Below, piece by piece: positions 10,601 to 22,600 of a DNA stretch of 44,991 nucleotides. The notes beneath the pieces were generated by a model. It ran no database searches and had not been told where the DNA came from. It saw only the letters and a list, made by a program, of their open reading frames with translations. The stretch lies in sequence record SRR2962707_1486. One strand, written 5' to 3'. Position 1 is the first letter of the stretch. The number at the start of each line of letters is the position of its first letter. The translations under genes were made by a program, and so were the position numbers.

Positions 10601-13600
10601 CAAAAATCACCGCGCTCAACAAGGAAACCCGGGCCGCAATCGGTCTTGGCGAGGACCAGCCGGACCGCGGCGCAGTGCTTGCCATTGGTCTTGGCGACTG
10701 GCGGCTGACGACTGACGCCGCACTCGGTCGCAATGCGATTGTCGATGGAGATGCCGTCAGCGTGACGGCAACAACGGCCTTGCCGGCGATCCAGCTGGCG
10801 AAAGCTCCGGACGACAGCTTCGGCGCGTACGACACGCTTTTTGAGCGCGGCGGCAGCGGATACGCCGAGCAGACCGAGCGTCCGTTCTCCGCCGACCAGC
10901 TCGCAGGCGATGATATCTGGAATATCCAGACGTCGAGCCAGACCGATGCGGCCAAGCTCGCCTTTGCAATTGATGCCTCCATCACCCGGGCTCAGACCAC
11001 CACGACTGCGCGTTTGGAAACGCCGGATGACGGCGCCATGGTCGCCAACAGCCTGGCGTTGGTTGCGCGGACGTCGGGTGGATTTGCGTCACGGCGCGAT
11101 GGCGAAGGTCAGGCCAATAGTTCGGGTGGGTTCGGCGCAGGCGGCAGCGGCCATGTGCTGATCTACCGTCCGACAACAGTTGCCTCTACGGGTTCAATGC
11201 CGACCGGCTACGGCGGCAGGGTCGACCAAATTGGTTCGCTGGTGATGAGTGCGACGAATGATCTGACAGGTGTGACGGCTGCAAGTTCCTTCGGCAATGC
11301 CGAGAGTTTCGGTCTCAATCTTGCTTTTTCGATGATCGACTACAAGGGAGCGGCCCGCACTTCCCTGGTCAACCCGTCGCGCTATAAGTTCGGCAGCGTA
11401 GCGCTGCTGGCAACCGACAGCAGCACGCTGCTGGCTGATGCAGGCAGCTCGGCCACCGGCCAGACCAGCTTTGGCATCTCGTCGGCAATCATCTTCGCCG
11501 ACCGCGCTGCGGTTGCTGAAATCGTCGCAGAAGGGCCCGGTAACGAAGGCTGGAACCTTGGTGCGACAAGCGTGCTTGCCAAGGTCAGCGGCACCAGCAT
11601 TGCCACTTCTGTTGCGGGCGCTGGGTTGGCAGAAGAAGAAAGCGCCGATCCCGCACCCGATCCTGCCGATCCCGAGGCGGTCGAGGACGATGGAAAGATT
11701 GAGGAGCGCGAGGAAACCGAGTTGCCGGTCAAGCTGCTCGGAAACCGCGCCGACAGCAATGCCGAGGACCTCGAAAACAAGGAAGCCGATACCAAGGGCG
11801 AGGAAAGCCCGGCTGACGGCAAGGAATTCGGCTTCGCGCTTGCCGGCGATTTTTCGGGTATTTTCGGCGACAGTCTCTCCACAGCCAGGGTGGTTCACAC
11901 AAGCACGGTTTCAGCCGATCAGATCAGTATCGGCGCAGCCAGCAGCGGAAAAGCCTATGCGGCGTCCGGATCCGCCGTCGGCGGCGCCGGTAATCTCGGT
12001 ATCGCCGGTTCGCTGGCTCTGGCGCGCATCGACCGCACCACCGCTGCCAGCCTCGATGCGCCGACGGTAACGCTCGGTTCCGGCCAGAGTTCGATCGATG
12101 CCAGCGATAAAACGCTGATCCAGTTGTTCTCCGGCGGGCGCGGCGGCGCAGCGGTCAAGAACAGCGTATTGGGCAGCGCCGCGATCGACATCAGCACCAT
12201 ATCGACGACTGCCGACATTATCGACGGCACCATCACCAAGACCAGCGGCGGCATTCTGGTCAGCGCCTCCAGCAGCGGCCGCACAGTTGCGCTTGCCGGC
12301 ACGATCAAGGCCACCGATGAAGATGATGACGCCGGTGAAGACGAGGAAGAGACCGATCCCCCGGCAGCCCCTCCGGCTGATCCTGCAGATGAAGCTGGTA
12401 AGGGCGACGAAGAAAACAATGCCGGTGGCGACGGCTCGGGTGGCATTGCCGTCGGCATCGCGTTCGCGGGGAATTTCCAGCGCGAAACGCTGCGCGCCTC
12501 GGTCACCAATTCCAGTATCGATGCCAACACCCTGACCGTCGAGGCCAAGCGCACCGGCGGCATTGATGGCGCGGCGTCTTCCAGCGGCACGGCCGGCTCC
12601 TTGTCCATTGCCGCCGCCGCCGCTGTGACCGTCGTCAACCGTGATATCGAAGCAGCGGTCAGCAATAACAGTGCGCTCAATCTCACCACGTTGACGATAG
12701 CGGCCCGTGACTCGGCGGAAACCCGCGCTCGCGTCGGTGCAGACTCCGAAGACGGACAGGTCAGTATCGGCGCGGCCGGCGGCATTGTCGTCGAAAACCG
12801 CGACCTTCTCGCCCGGTTCGACAATTCAAGCCTTGCTCCTTTCAAAGACAACTCCGGCGCGGTCAACATCATCGCTAGCCAGACTGGCGGGATCGACATC
12901 GTCCAGACAGGCGGCGGCGGAAGCGAAGAAGGTTTTGGCGGAACGCTCGGCGTCGGGGTGCTGAAGACAAACCGGACGACAACCGCGCGCGTGCTCGGCT
13001 CGACATTGAATGCCGGCTCGCTATCGGTCTCGTCAGCAAATGGCGGCAGCCTGCTGAACCGGCAGGGTATTTCCGCCATTGCCGAAACAGCGGGCGCCAT
13101 CGGCGTCATCGTCAGTCACCTCAACGCTGATACGTCTGCCCTCATCCAAGGCAGTGCCGTCGCTACTCCGGACGGATCAATCGGCGTTACGGCGACAGAA
13201 AACTCGCGTCTGCTGGCACGCAGCGGAAAATCCGGCTCCGGCGAAAATTCGGTCGATGTCATGCTGGCGACTGCTTTGCTGCGCGGCGATGTCATGGCCG
13301 AGGTCGTCGACAGCGAGCTTTCCGGCCAGTCGGCGACGATCAACGCCAAGGATGCATCTATACTGCAGTCGGCGGCGATCGCACGGGCGTCAACCGGTGG
13401 CGTCGGCATCGTCGGTGGCGTGGCCTATGCAAGCAACAAGCTTGGCGTCCTGGCGCGGCTCGCCGACACCTCGTCCAGCATGACCTCGCGAACCAGGGTT
13501 CGCGCCGAGACCGACGCGGGGCTTACCGGAACAGTCGTCGGCATGAATTTCGGTGGTGGAAGTTTCTCTGGTGCAATTCAAGCCGGCTGGCTGACCGCCA

Positions 13601-16600
13601 ATCGCGATGTCGTGGCCCGTGCTGAAGGTGACCTCGGAGTGATCGAGGGTGGGCTCGACATCGAGGCGGATCGCACCGACAAATTGATCGGTGTTGCCGT
13701 CACCGCCTCAGAGGCCAGTGCTTCGGTCGGCATTGCCGGCAACATTCTCCAGACGGGCGGGCGCACCCTTGCCGAATTGCTGGTTGCCGAGGAACTCAGC
13801 ATATCCGGCGACCTCAATGTCACCGCGACTGACTCAAGTCAGGCGGCGAACATCGCAATCGGCGCCGCCGCGGGCAACGGTTTCAGTGCCGTCGGATCAA
13901 TTGCCTACACCCAGATGGGCCGCCGTCCGGCTGATGCAACCCTTGTCGAGGCCAATGAGCGCAGCGCGCAGCATGAAGGCGTCAATGAAGCCGTAAAGGG
14001 TGAACTCGCAGGCGAGATCAGCGTACTGCCCGGCTTCGACGCAGCAGAACGCACCGAACTGGCCCGGCGGATGGATCTTGCCATCGAGGCACGGGTGGAT
14101 CTCGCCGACGCAGCCGAACTGATTGTCGAAGGCACCACCGTTATCTCGGCTAACGACCATCGCAAGGTCAGCTCCATTGCGGGACAGCTTTCGATCAAGT
14201 TCTCGTCCGGCGGATTCGCAGAGAAGGCCACGGATGTCGCGACGATCGACGAGAACGGCATTCGTATCACTGCCAAGGACATAGTCAGCACGGCGGTAAG
14301 CGAGCTGATCAGTATCTATCTCTTCGGCCTCCCTGAAGGCGACGATGACGGCGGGCTCGGCGAATCGGGAGACGAGGCCGGTGGTGGCAGCGAAAACGGT
14401 GGGGGCGACGGCGGTTCGGTCGGTATCGGCATATCGATGGGCTGGGCGCGCCTCGGCGGTCTGGTCTCGGCAGAATTGCTGCTTGGCGAAGGTGCGACGG
14501 CGAAGCTTACCGAAACGGAAGTCTCGGCACTTTCGGACGCACGGGCGGCGGGCGTTTCAGCCGGGGCACAGGCAGGCGGCAACATCTCCATTGGTGCGGG
14601 TGCTGGCATCAGCCGTCACGATCAGCTGGTTCGCGCCCGCATTGTTGGCGATGGCCGATCTGTTGATGCGCTGAGCACCGGCGAACTCACGCTTACCTCC
14701 CACTTTGCTGGTCGCTCATGGGGCGTGGCCGGCCTTCTGATCGGCACCGACGGTTCGGTGGCCGGCGGCGCAACGCTTGCGGTTTCCGATCTGGATGCCC
14801 AAACCGAGGCGAGCCTGCGCAATATCGACATGGCTTCCAGCGCGTCGACGCGGGTCACAAGCAATGACACCGGCAAATCACTGGCGATTGCGATTACCGG
14901 TGGTGCTTCCACGGGTGCGACGGTCAGCCTCTCGGTCGGCGTCAATACGGCCAAAAGCACCACGCGTTCGATCATCGAGAACGCAACGATTGATTCCGCA
15001 CGATCCATTGCCGTTGAAACCAACCGCGCCCAGACCATGAATTCCCTGGTTCTCCAGGTCGCCATCGGCTCCAGCGCCGGCATTGGTGCGGCTCTGGCGA
15101 TCTCCGAGCAGAAGGGCAACAGCGAGGCGATCGTCAACAATTCAACCCTGCTTGCCGAAACAGATGTGGTCGTCGACACGCTCGGTGACTCAGACCTGTC
15201 CTCTGCGGCAGTCGGCGTGGCTAGCGGCGGTTCGGTCGGCATTTCCGGTTCGGTCTCGATCGTGCTGAAGAGTGACGTCGCCAAGTCACGCATACTCAAC
15301 AGCACTGTGCGGGCGGGTGACAGCGTGTTGGTGCGGGCGGTCAATGGCGGGTCGATGGGCGGCGTTGGCGGTGGCGACAACAGTGTGCTTGGCGATCTCG
15401 GTTCCGCGACGGGTTCTGTCGCCATTGGTGGCTCGATCGGCATTGGCGTTTCCGTCGCCATCATGAGCACGCGCTCGCAAGTCATAGCCGAGATCGTCAA
15501 CTCCGGTGTGACGGCCTTCCTGACACCCGGCGCGGCCAATGGCATCGATTCGACGACCCGCACCTCCACCGATGATTATGACGAACGCCAGACCATCAAC
15601 CGTCGCGGTGTCAGCGTCGTTGCCGACAACCAGACTGCGGTGCGTGCCATGGCCGTGACCGTCGCCGCTTCCGGTTCTGCCGCCATTTCGCTTCAGGTGC
15701 CGGTGCTGCTGCTGCGCGATGATGTGCAGGCCCGCATTCAGGACAGCTCCATCGATTCCGGTCGCGACACATTCGTCGAAGCCTACAACAAGAGCAATAT
15801 CAAGACCTTCTCGCTGGCGGCAGGCATCGGCATCGGCGGCGTCGGTGTAGGGGCACTCGTCGAGGTCGGCTCGCTGAAAAAGCAGACCACCGCGGAAATC
15901 GTTGACAGCGAGATCGATACGGCCCGTGATCTGAAGGTGCTGGCCGCATCGCCTGAAAAGCTCGGGAAAATCTCTTTTGCCGCAGGCGGTGGGCTTTATG
16001 TCGGCCTTGCCGGCGTGGTGGAATCGCTCGTCACGCAGAACGTTACCTATGCCGGCATCCGTCGCTCGACACTTGATGTCGGTCAGAACCTGGCAGTCGT
16101 CACCGCCGCGCCGCGGTACATCAACAACAATGCAGGAACACTTGCCGCCGGTATCGCTGGCATCGGCGGCGCGGTCCTCGTCATCAATGCGCGTGATGAA
16201 TCCATTGCTGAACTAGGCTCAGGTGGGTCATCCGCAAACGCCAATACCGTGCGCGTAGGCCGGGACATCAATGTGATCGCCAGTTCGGATCTTGTTGCCG
16301 AAACAAATGTCGTGGGCGTGTCGGCCGGCTTCTTCGCGCTCTCCGGATCGGTTGTCGTCACTTCCTTTGAACAAAAGGTCATCGCCCGCATCGGGGATAA
16401 TACCAATTTCGATATTGGCAGCGGTCCAACACCGCGCAACGTTAAGGTCGCCGCCAACCAGGGCTTCAATCAGCAGCTTATCCTCGGCAATGCGTCCGGC
16501 GGCTTTATCGGCCTGGGTGGTTCCGTGGGCGTCACCAATGTCCGGAATACAGTTCTGGCGACTATCGGCAGCGACGTCGAGTTGACAGCCAGCGGCACAG

Positions 16601-19600
16601 TCGATGTTGCGGCCAACGGGATCCGTGATCTCAACGCCACTGCGATTACCGCCGGCGGCGGCGTTGGTGCATTCCAGGGTGCAGCCCTTGTTGCGACATT
16701 TGCGCAATCCTCCGATGACGAGGAAAGCCGCGAAAACGTCGACGAGATCAACGACGACATGGGCGGTGATCCCTTCAGAACGGATTCCGATGAGGTTGAC
16801 GGCAACAAGACGGCCGATGCCGGCGACAGCCAGGTCGGCGGACTGCTGGCCGAGGCGCTTGGCGACCGTCAGAGCATCGATCTCGACCAGCTCTATTCCG
16901 ACACCCAGACCGATGCGATCCGTGCGACAATCGGCGCGCGCTCCGTAATCCGTGGTCTGACGGCGCTTTCAGTGACGGCCAACGAAGAAGGCTCAGTTAC
17001 GATGACAGCGGGTGCTGCGTCGGTTGGGATAGCCGTTGGTGTTGCGGGCGGCGTTGTATCACTCAAGCGTGGTTCGACCATCGCCACAGAGATCGGCGAC
17101 GACGTTTTTCTTGGCGGCGGCAACATCACGATTGGCGCAACGGCCGATGTCAGCGACGGCAACCAGACCGCAGTGGCAGGCAGCACCGGGCTCATCTCGC
17201 AAAACGCGGCGATTGCCAACACGACGATCTCGCGTGACATCTCGCTGGTCATGGGCCAGGGCAGCCGCATCAGCGCCGGCAACAGCGTTGTCATCGAAGC
17301 GGTCGAAATCGGTGAAGCCCGCGCCCAGACCGTTTCGGCTGCGGCAGGCGCGATCGGTATCGGCGGATCGGTGGTTCGTACGATCCGCGAAACCGATATA
17401 GCGATCGCGCTGAACAATACGAGAATTACCGGCGCCGGGCTCGATATCCGTGCCGAACGCCAGGGCTCCGTGCGCAGCACCGGCATTGCGGCGGCGGGCG
17501 GCATCATTTCTGGCGTCGGTGTCCTTGCTGTAGCGGAAGACACCGCGACCGTCGCCGTCAATCTTGGGACGGCACAGCTGACCAGCCATGACGAGCTCAG
17601 CATCTCGGCGATCAATGCCGCCGATGTTCGTGCGGTGGCGACAGGGGTTGCCATTTCTGTCGGCGGCGCTGTCGGGCTGTCGAGCGCCAGAGCCACCCGC
17701 ACAGCTTCAGCCGAAATTACGGGTTCATTCGTGCGTCTGAGCGGCGACCTGGTGTCTATCGTGACCAACGACGCCACGTCGATGTCGGACAACGGCCAGA
17801 GCATGGTCGAGGCAAAGGCGATTTCCGCCGCCGGCGGTGCGCTGCTTGGCGCGTCCGGTGCCCGGGCACAAGGCCGCAACGAAAGCCTCTCAAGTATTGA
17901 TGTAACCTTCGCGGCCTTCGGCGCAGACAGCGGCGGCCTGATTGAGGCCAGAACCAATGGCGGGCTTGATGCGCGGACCAACGGTTTCTCGCTGGGTCTG
18001 GCGGCAGCCGGCGCCAACCTGACCGAAGCGACCATGGCCAGTACCGCTTCGACTGATGTTACTTTCCTGGGTGGCGCTTCGAGCTTCTCCGATATCGCGA
18101 TCCGGGCGACCGGCAAGGATTCGACCTTCGGCAAATCTGTCTCGGGGCAGGGCGGCGCGGGCGCACTGCAGGCGTCGTTGGTCTTGCTCGACATGGCGCC
18201 CGTTACCCGGGTTAACATAAGTGGCACCCATATCGAGGCTCTCGGCTCCATTGATATCCTCGCCAAGCGTGACAGCATTTTCGAAGTGGAAAGCGACAGC
18301 CTGCAGGCGTCTCTTGCAGGTTTTAGCGGCACCGCGCTGGACAGCAGCGTCGACGCTGTCATCAGCGTTGATATTTCTGCAGACCTTACCGCGCCGACAA
18401 TCGACATCGGATCGCAGCTAACAATCACCAAGATCGCCGATGGATTTAACGCTCGCACAACCACAGGTGCCGTCTTTAGCGGCAGCGCGATCTGGAGCCA
18501 CACCGACATCGACGTCGACAGCGCGATCGAGTTTGCCGATGGTGTCGAGATCAGCCAGGCCAACATGCGCTACGCGACAACCGAAGGCCATGTCGATATT
18601 GCGCTGGTCAACACTTTCGATCTGCTCGACAGGATCGAAATGGATACGGGCGGCGCGGTCGCCATCCCTAATGCCGACGGCATTATGGATATCGACGTCA
18701 ACCGCTCGAGCATCGTGCTCGATGGTGTAACAATCGACGCCGTCAACAACATCAACATTTCCAACACAAATGACGTCACCGCCTCGATGGAAGCCAATGT
18801 CGCAGCCTACGGTCTGGCAGGATCCCCATCAGGTCAGACTGAGATCACCTTCGACGCCGATCAGACGCTCGACCTGATCAACGGATCGGAGCTGACTTCA
18901 ACGCGCGGTACAATTCGGCTGATGAATGGGCGGACCATCGAGCGCCAGCAGGAAATCGTGCTGAACGCCGAAACCCGCGTTTGGAATGCCACGGCAATTC
19001 CAGTCGCCCGTAATGTTGACGCGGTGGCGACAGCACGCATCGAGGCAAATCTGGGTATCGACGCCAGCAGTTCAGTCACCGCCGCACTCGATGTGCAATT
19101 TGTCGCGGACGAAGGCTTTGTTGATGGCTATGGCTATCACAGCACCGCCGACCTCTACAGCGAGGGCGCGGAAGCCGTCGCCAATTTCTTCGGCGGCATT
19201 GTCGGCGCCGAGGAAGTCTCGCTTGATCGTGTTGGTGGTACGTCGCAGAATTTCAGCGAGTCCGCGCTGATCATCAACGGAACGGTTTCAGCCGGCGCCT
19301 TCAACTCTATTGATATTACTGTCGCAGAAAATGGCGACGTCACGATCCTCGGCAATGACGAGAATGTGCGTGTCGTTTTCGAGGACGACCAACTCGTCAA
19401 TTCTGCGCTGGTCGAATTCATCGCCACACGCCAATCCGAGTTGGCCGAACTCAACACCAACTATGCAGCCAATGCCGATCTGCGCGCACGGCTGCAGGCC
19501 GAAATTGACAGTCTGCAGGCGCGTCTGCAATTGCTCGGTGGAGCCAATGCGCGTGGCGACACAGTTCTCGTGTCGCCGCTTCTGGCGTCCGGGGGCAATG

Positions 19601-22600
19601 TCGAGATATTCACTGATTCCATTGGCGGAACCGGCACCATCACGGCGCGCGGCGATGCGCAAATCTTTGTTGAAAACAACTCATCCGCATCAATGGAAAT
19701 TCAGGGTGCGCGGGTGCCGTTCCGATCCGGTGGCGAAGTTCGGGTCAACACGGTTGCTGTCAACAACTCGTTCGAGGCAGGCGTAGAAGCAACGCCGATG
19801 TCAGGACTGAACCTCGATATTGCTGCCGTGTCCTCGCAGGTGTCCGCACCGGTGATTGCAATTACAGGCACCCATGTTGCGCAAACCGGTCTGCCGTCCG
19901 ACATCTTCATCACCGGCGATCTGGAAAATCTCAACGGCGAGATTTCCGTGTCGACGCTTGACGGCAATATACTGGTCCTCGACTCCAACATTTCCGGACG
20001 GACCGTTTCGATCAGTTCCGGCGGCGACTTCTTCCTGTCGGCAGGCGAGGGAGTTGCCAGCCCAATCCGTGATCCTGCCGGCCTCTATCGGGATTTCTTC
20101 GACGAATATGAAAACATGTCGCTGGAGGCCTATTTCGGCTATCTGGCAGACGTAAATGGTACCAGCACGATTCAGCAATTTCAGCGTGCCTATCTATTGG
20201 CCAATCTGCCAGACTTCGAGCGCAAGAGCTCACCACAGGGTGTGATCCGTGCGCTTGGCGGTGTCTATATCTATGCCGACACGCTCAATATCGACGGTAC
20301 CATCCAGTCCGGCGAGACAGATTGGAGCTTGACCGTTAACCCCCTTCTGTCCAACCGCTTGGCTGGCCTTACCCTTTCCGAGATTGCCGGGCGCGACCGT
20401 ATTTTGATTTATGATCGCTACCGCGCCGGTACTGATCCATTGATCGGCAATGAATACGTGCCTTACACAAACACGCAGCTCGTCAGCGGCAACGCTTCGG
20501 TCTGGTACAACACCAATACCGGTGAAATCGAAGTCGACCCGATGATTTCCAAGGGCGGCTATATCGAACTGGTCGGTCGGATCATCTCGACCGGTGGCAG
20601 CTATGACGGATCGATCAACAACCAGGCCCGTCTCGAAGTCGCCAATGGTTACGGTCGCGTCGATGTCGACAATTACTCGGATCTGCCGATTGTCTTCAGT
20701 GGCATTAATACCGCGCAGACACCGATCGAGGGTGTGATCAAGATCACCGATCTCGGCAACGAGGTAATTCCGGGCACGTTCCAGACAACGACCTACCGCA
20801 TGAACGGGACGCAAGTCGCGCGATCTTCGCTGCTGTCGGGGGCATTCATGGGGCAGCCTACCGTTTTTCCGATCACAACGATGCTCAGCGCAACAAATCT
20901 GAACCACCAGATCGCCGGCAACTACGCGCTCGAATACGCCCGCTCACGCCAGATCGAAGAGACGACCGTCGAGCAGAAAACCGTCTATGAGCGCTTCCTG
21001 GCCAGCACTATCGACGAAATTGAAGTCATCGACTCGAGTTCCTTCACCACCTTTGACGACGAGGAGCGCAAGTCCTTCGGAACACTTGTTTTGACGACGG
21101 CAAACGACCTCGCCACACCCTACGATTACAGCCGGACACTCACACAGCTCAACGACACCACCTCCGGCTGGCAGCAGGTTGGTGAACGGGTAGAAGATGG
21201 CAGTGTCTTTGGACTGGGGGGCATCCTGACAACCCGCTGGCGCACGACCTATGAGCGCGAGACCAGCGAGACCTATCTCCAGCTCGACCGCAACGAGATT
21301 GCAGCCAATGTGCCGATTTCCATTGGCTTCAAAGGATACTCCACATCGTCCATCGACATCAGTTCTCTCGGCGATATTCGCTTCGCCGACGATATCTACA
21401 ACACGGCTGGCCTGACCAACCTTGTCTCAACCGGCGGCAGCGTTTCGACCATTGCCGGCGATGCGGTTCTGTTCCTTGCCGACGCTCACATTGAAGCTGC
21501 CGGCGATGTGTCCGGCGCGTCATTTGCAGCGTCGCGACGGATGATTGACGGACGTTTCAATGATTCCGGCCCGCTGTTTGCGCCCGATACCGTTCGGACA
21601 GGCACGTCGGTTGCGTTGATCGACCAGGTCGATGGCGCTGGTCTCTACATCCAGGCCGGCGGTGACGTCAGTATCCGCGAATTGAGCGGCGACATGCTGG
21701 TGCATCAGATCTCCGGTAATGATGTGTTTGTAGAGAGCCCTGGTTCAATCCTGGTCGATCCGGACGAGCAGGAAATAATCCGCTTTGGCGCAGCAAACCT
21801 TGATCTGCAAGCAGGCGGCGGTACCCTTGGCTCTCTGACCGCGCCACTGACCATGATTGTTAGGGATCGCCTCGACGCCCAGGTGGACGGCGACATCTAT
21901 CTGAGCTCGCCGGCCCTGGATCTTCCGGTCGGCAGCCTGACCTCAAAATCCGGTGACATTTACATTCAAACGCCCAGATCGATCGTCGACGCCAACGATG
22001 CAGCGATCATTGATCGGCGTGCCGTCGCCGATCTGCTTGATGACCTCTGGGATGAGATCGGCCTGCGCGACCTTGGCGGTACGGCGACACAGGATCGTAT
22101 CGACGAGGTGGTTCGCAGCTATGAGGCCCGCGAAATTGCCGATTACGAGTTCTACTGGAGCGTCCGGCGCGCCTTCAAGGGCGATGTGGTGAACAACGAG
22201 AACATCTATGCCATCAATGACTATGACCCCGGATATGTGTTCAAGTTCAATGGCGAGACTGCAGCCGATCTGCAGGGCCAGGGCTATTCCGGTGCCGAGG
22301 TCAGTGCGATGCAGGATGAGCGCACCGAGATCTACCACAGGATGCACGACAAGTACGGTGCCGAGGGGTATGAGGAGGCCTTCATTCCGAAGATCGACAC
22401 CGATCTGATCGCTGATACGACGCGAGCAATGTTCTTTACCGACAAGCAGCTCGAGCCAGGTTTGCGGGCCGACCTGTTGCTTGATGTGACCGACACGCAG
22501 CTGACCATTGAAGAAGCCAATCTGACGGGCGGCTTTGCCAGCCTAAACGCTGGCGTGTCTATTGGATCGCGTATTGCACCCATTGTCATCAATCCCGGCG

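Noticed and set aside
8802-18566. Long antisense ORFs within tpsA (e.g. 9481-10587, 11955-13109, 14622-15569, 16893-18566)
   Set aside because: Typical stop-poor antisense frames of a high-GC gene, with no family motifs.
21216-21221. G6 run in tpsA (also G7 near 28920) as phase-variation tracts
   Set aside because: Too short to be distinctive in high-GC DNA, and the reading frame is intact.
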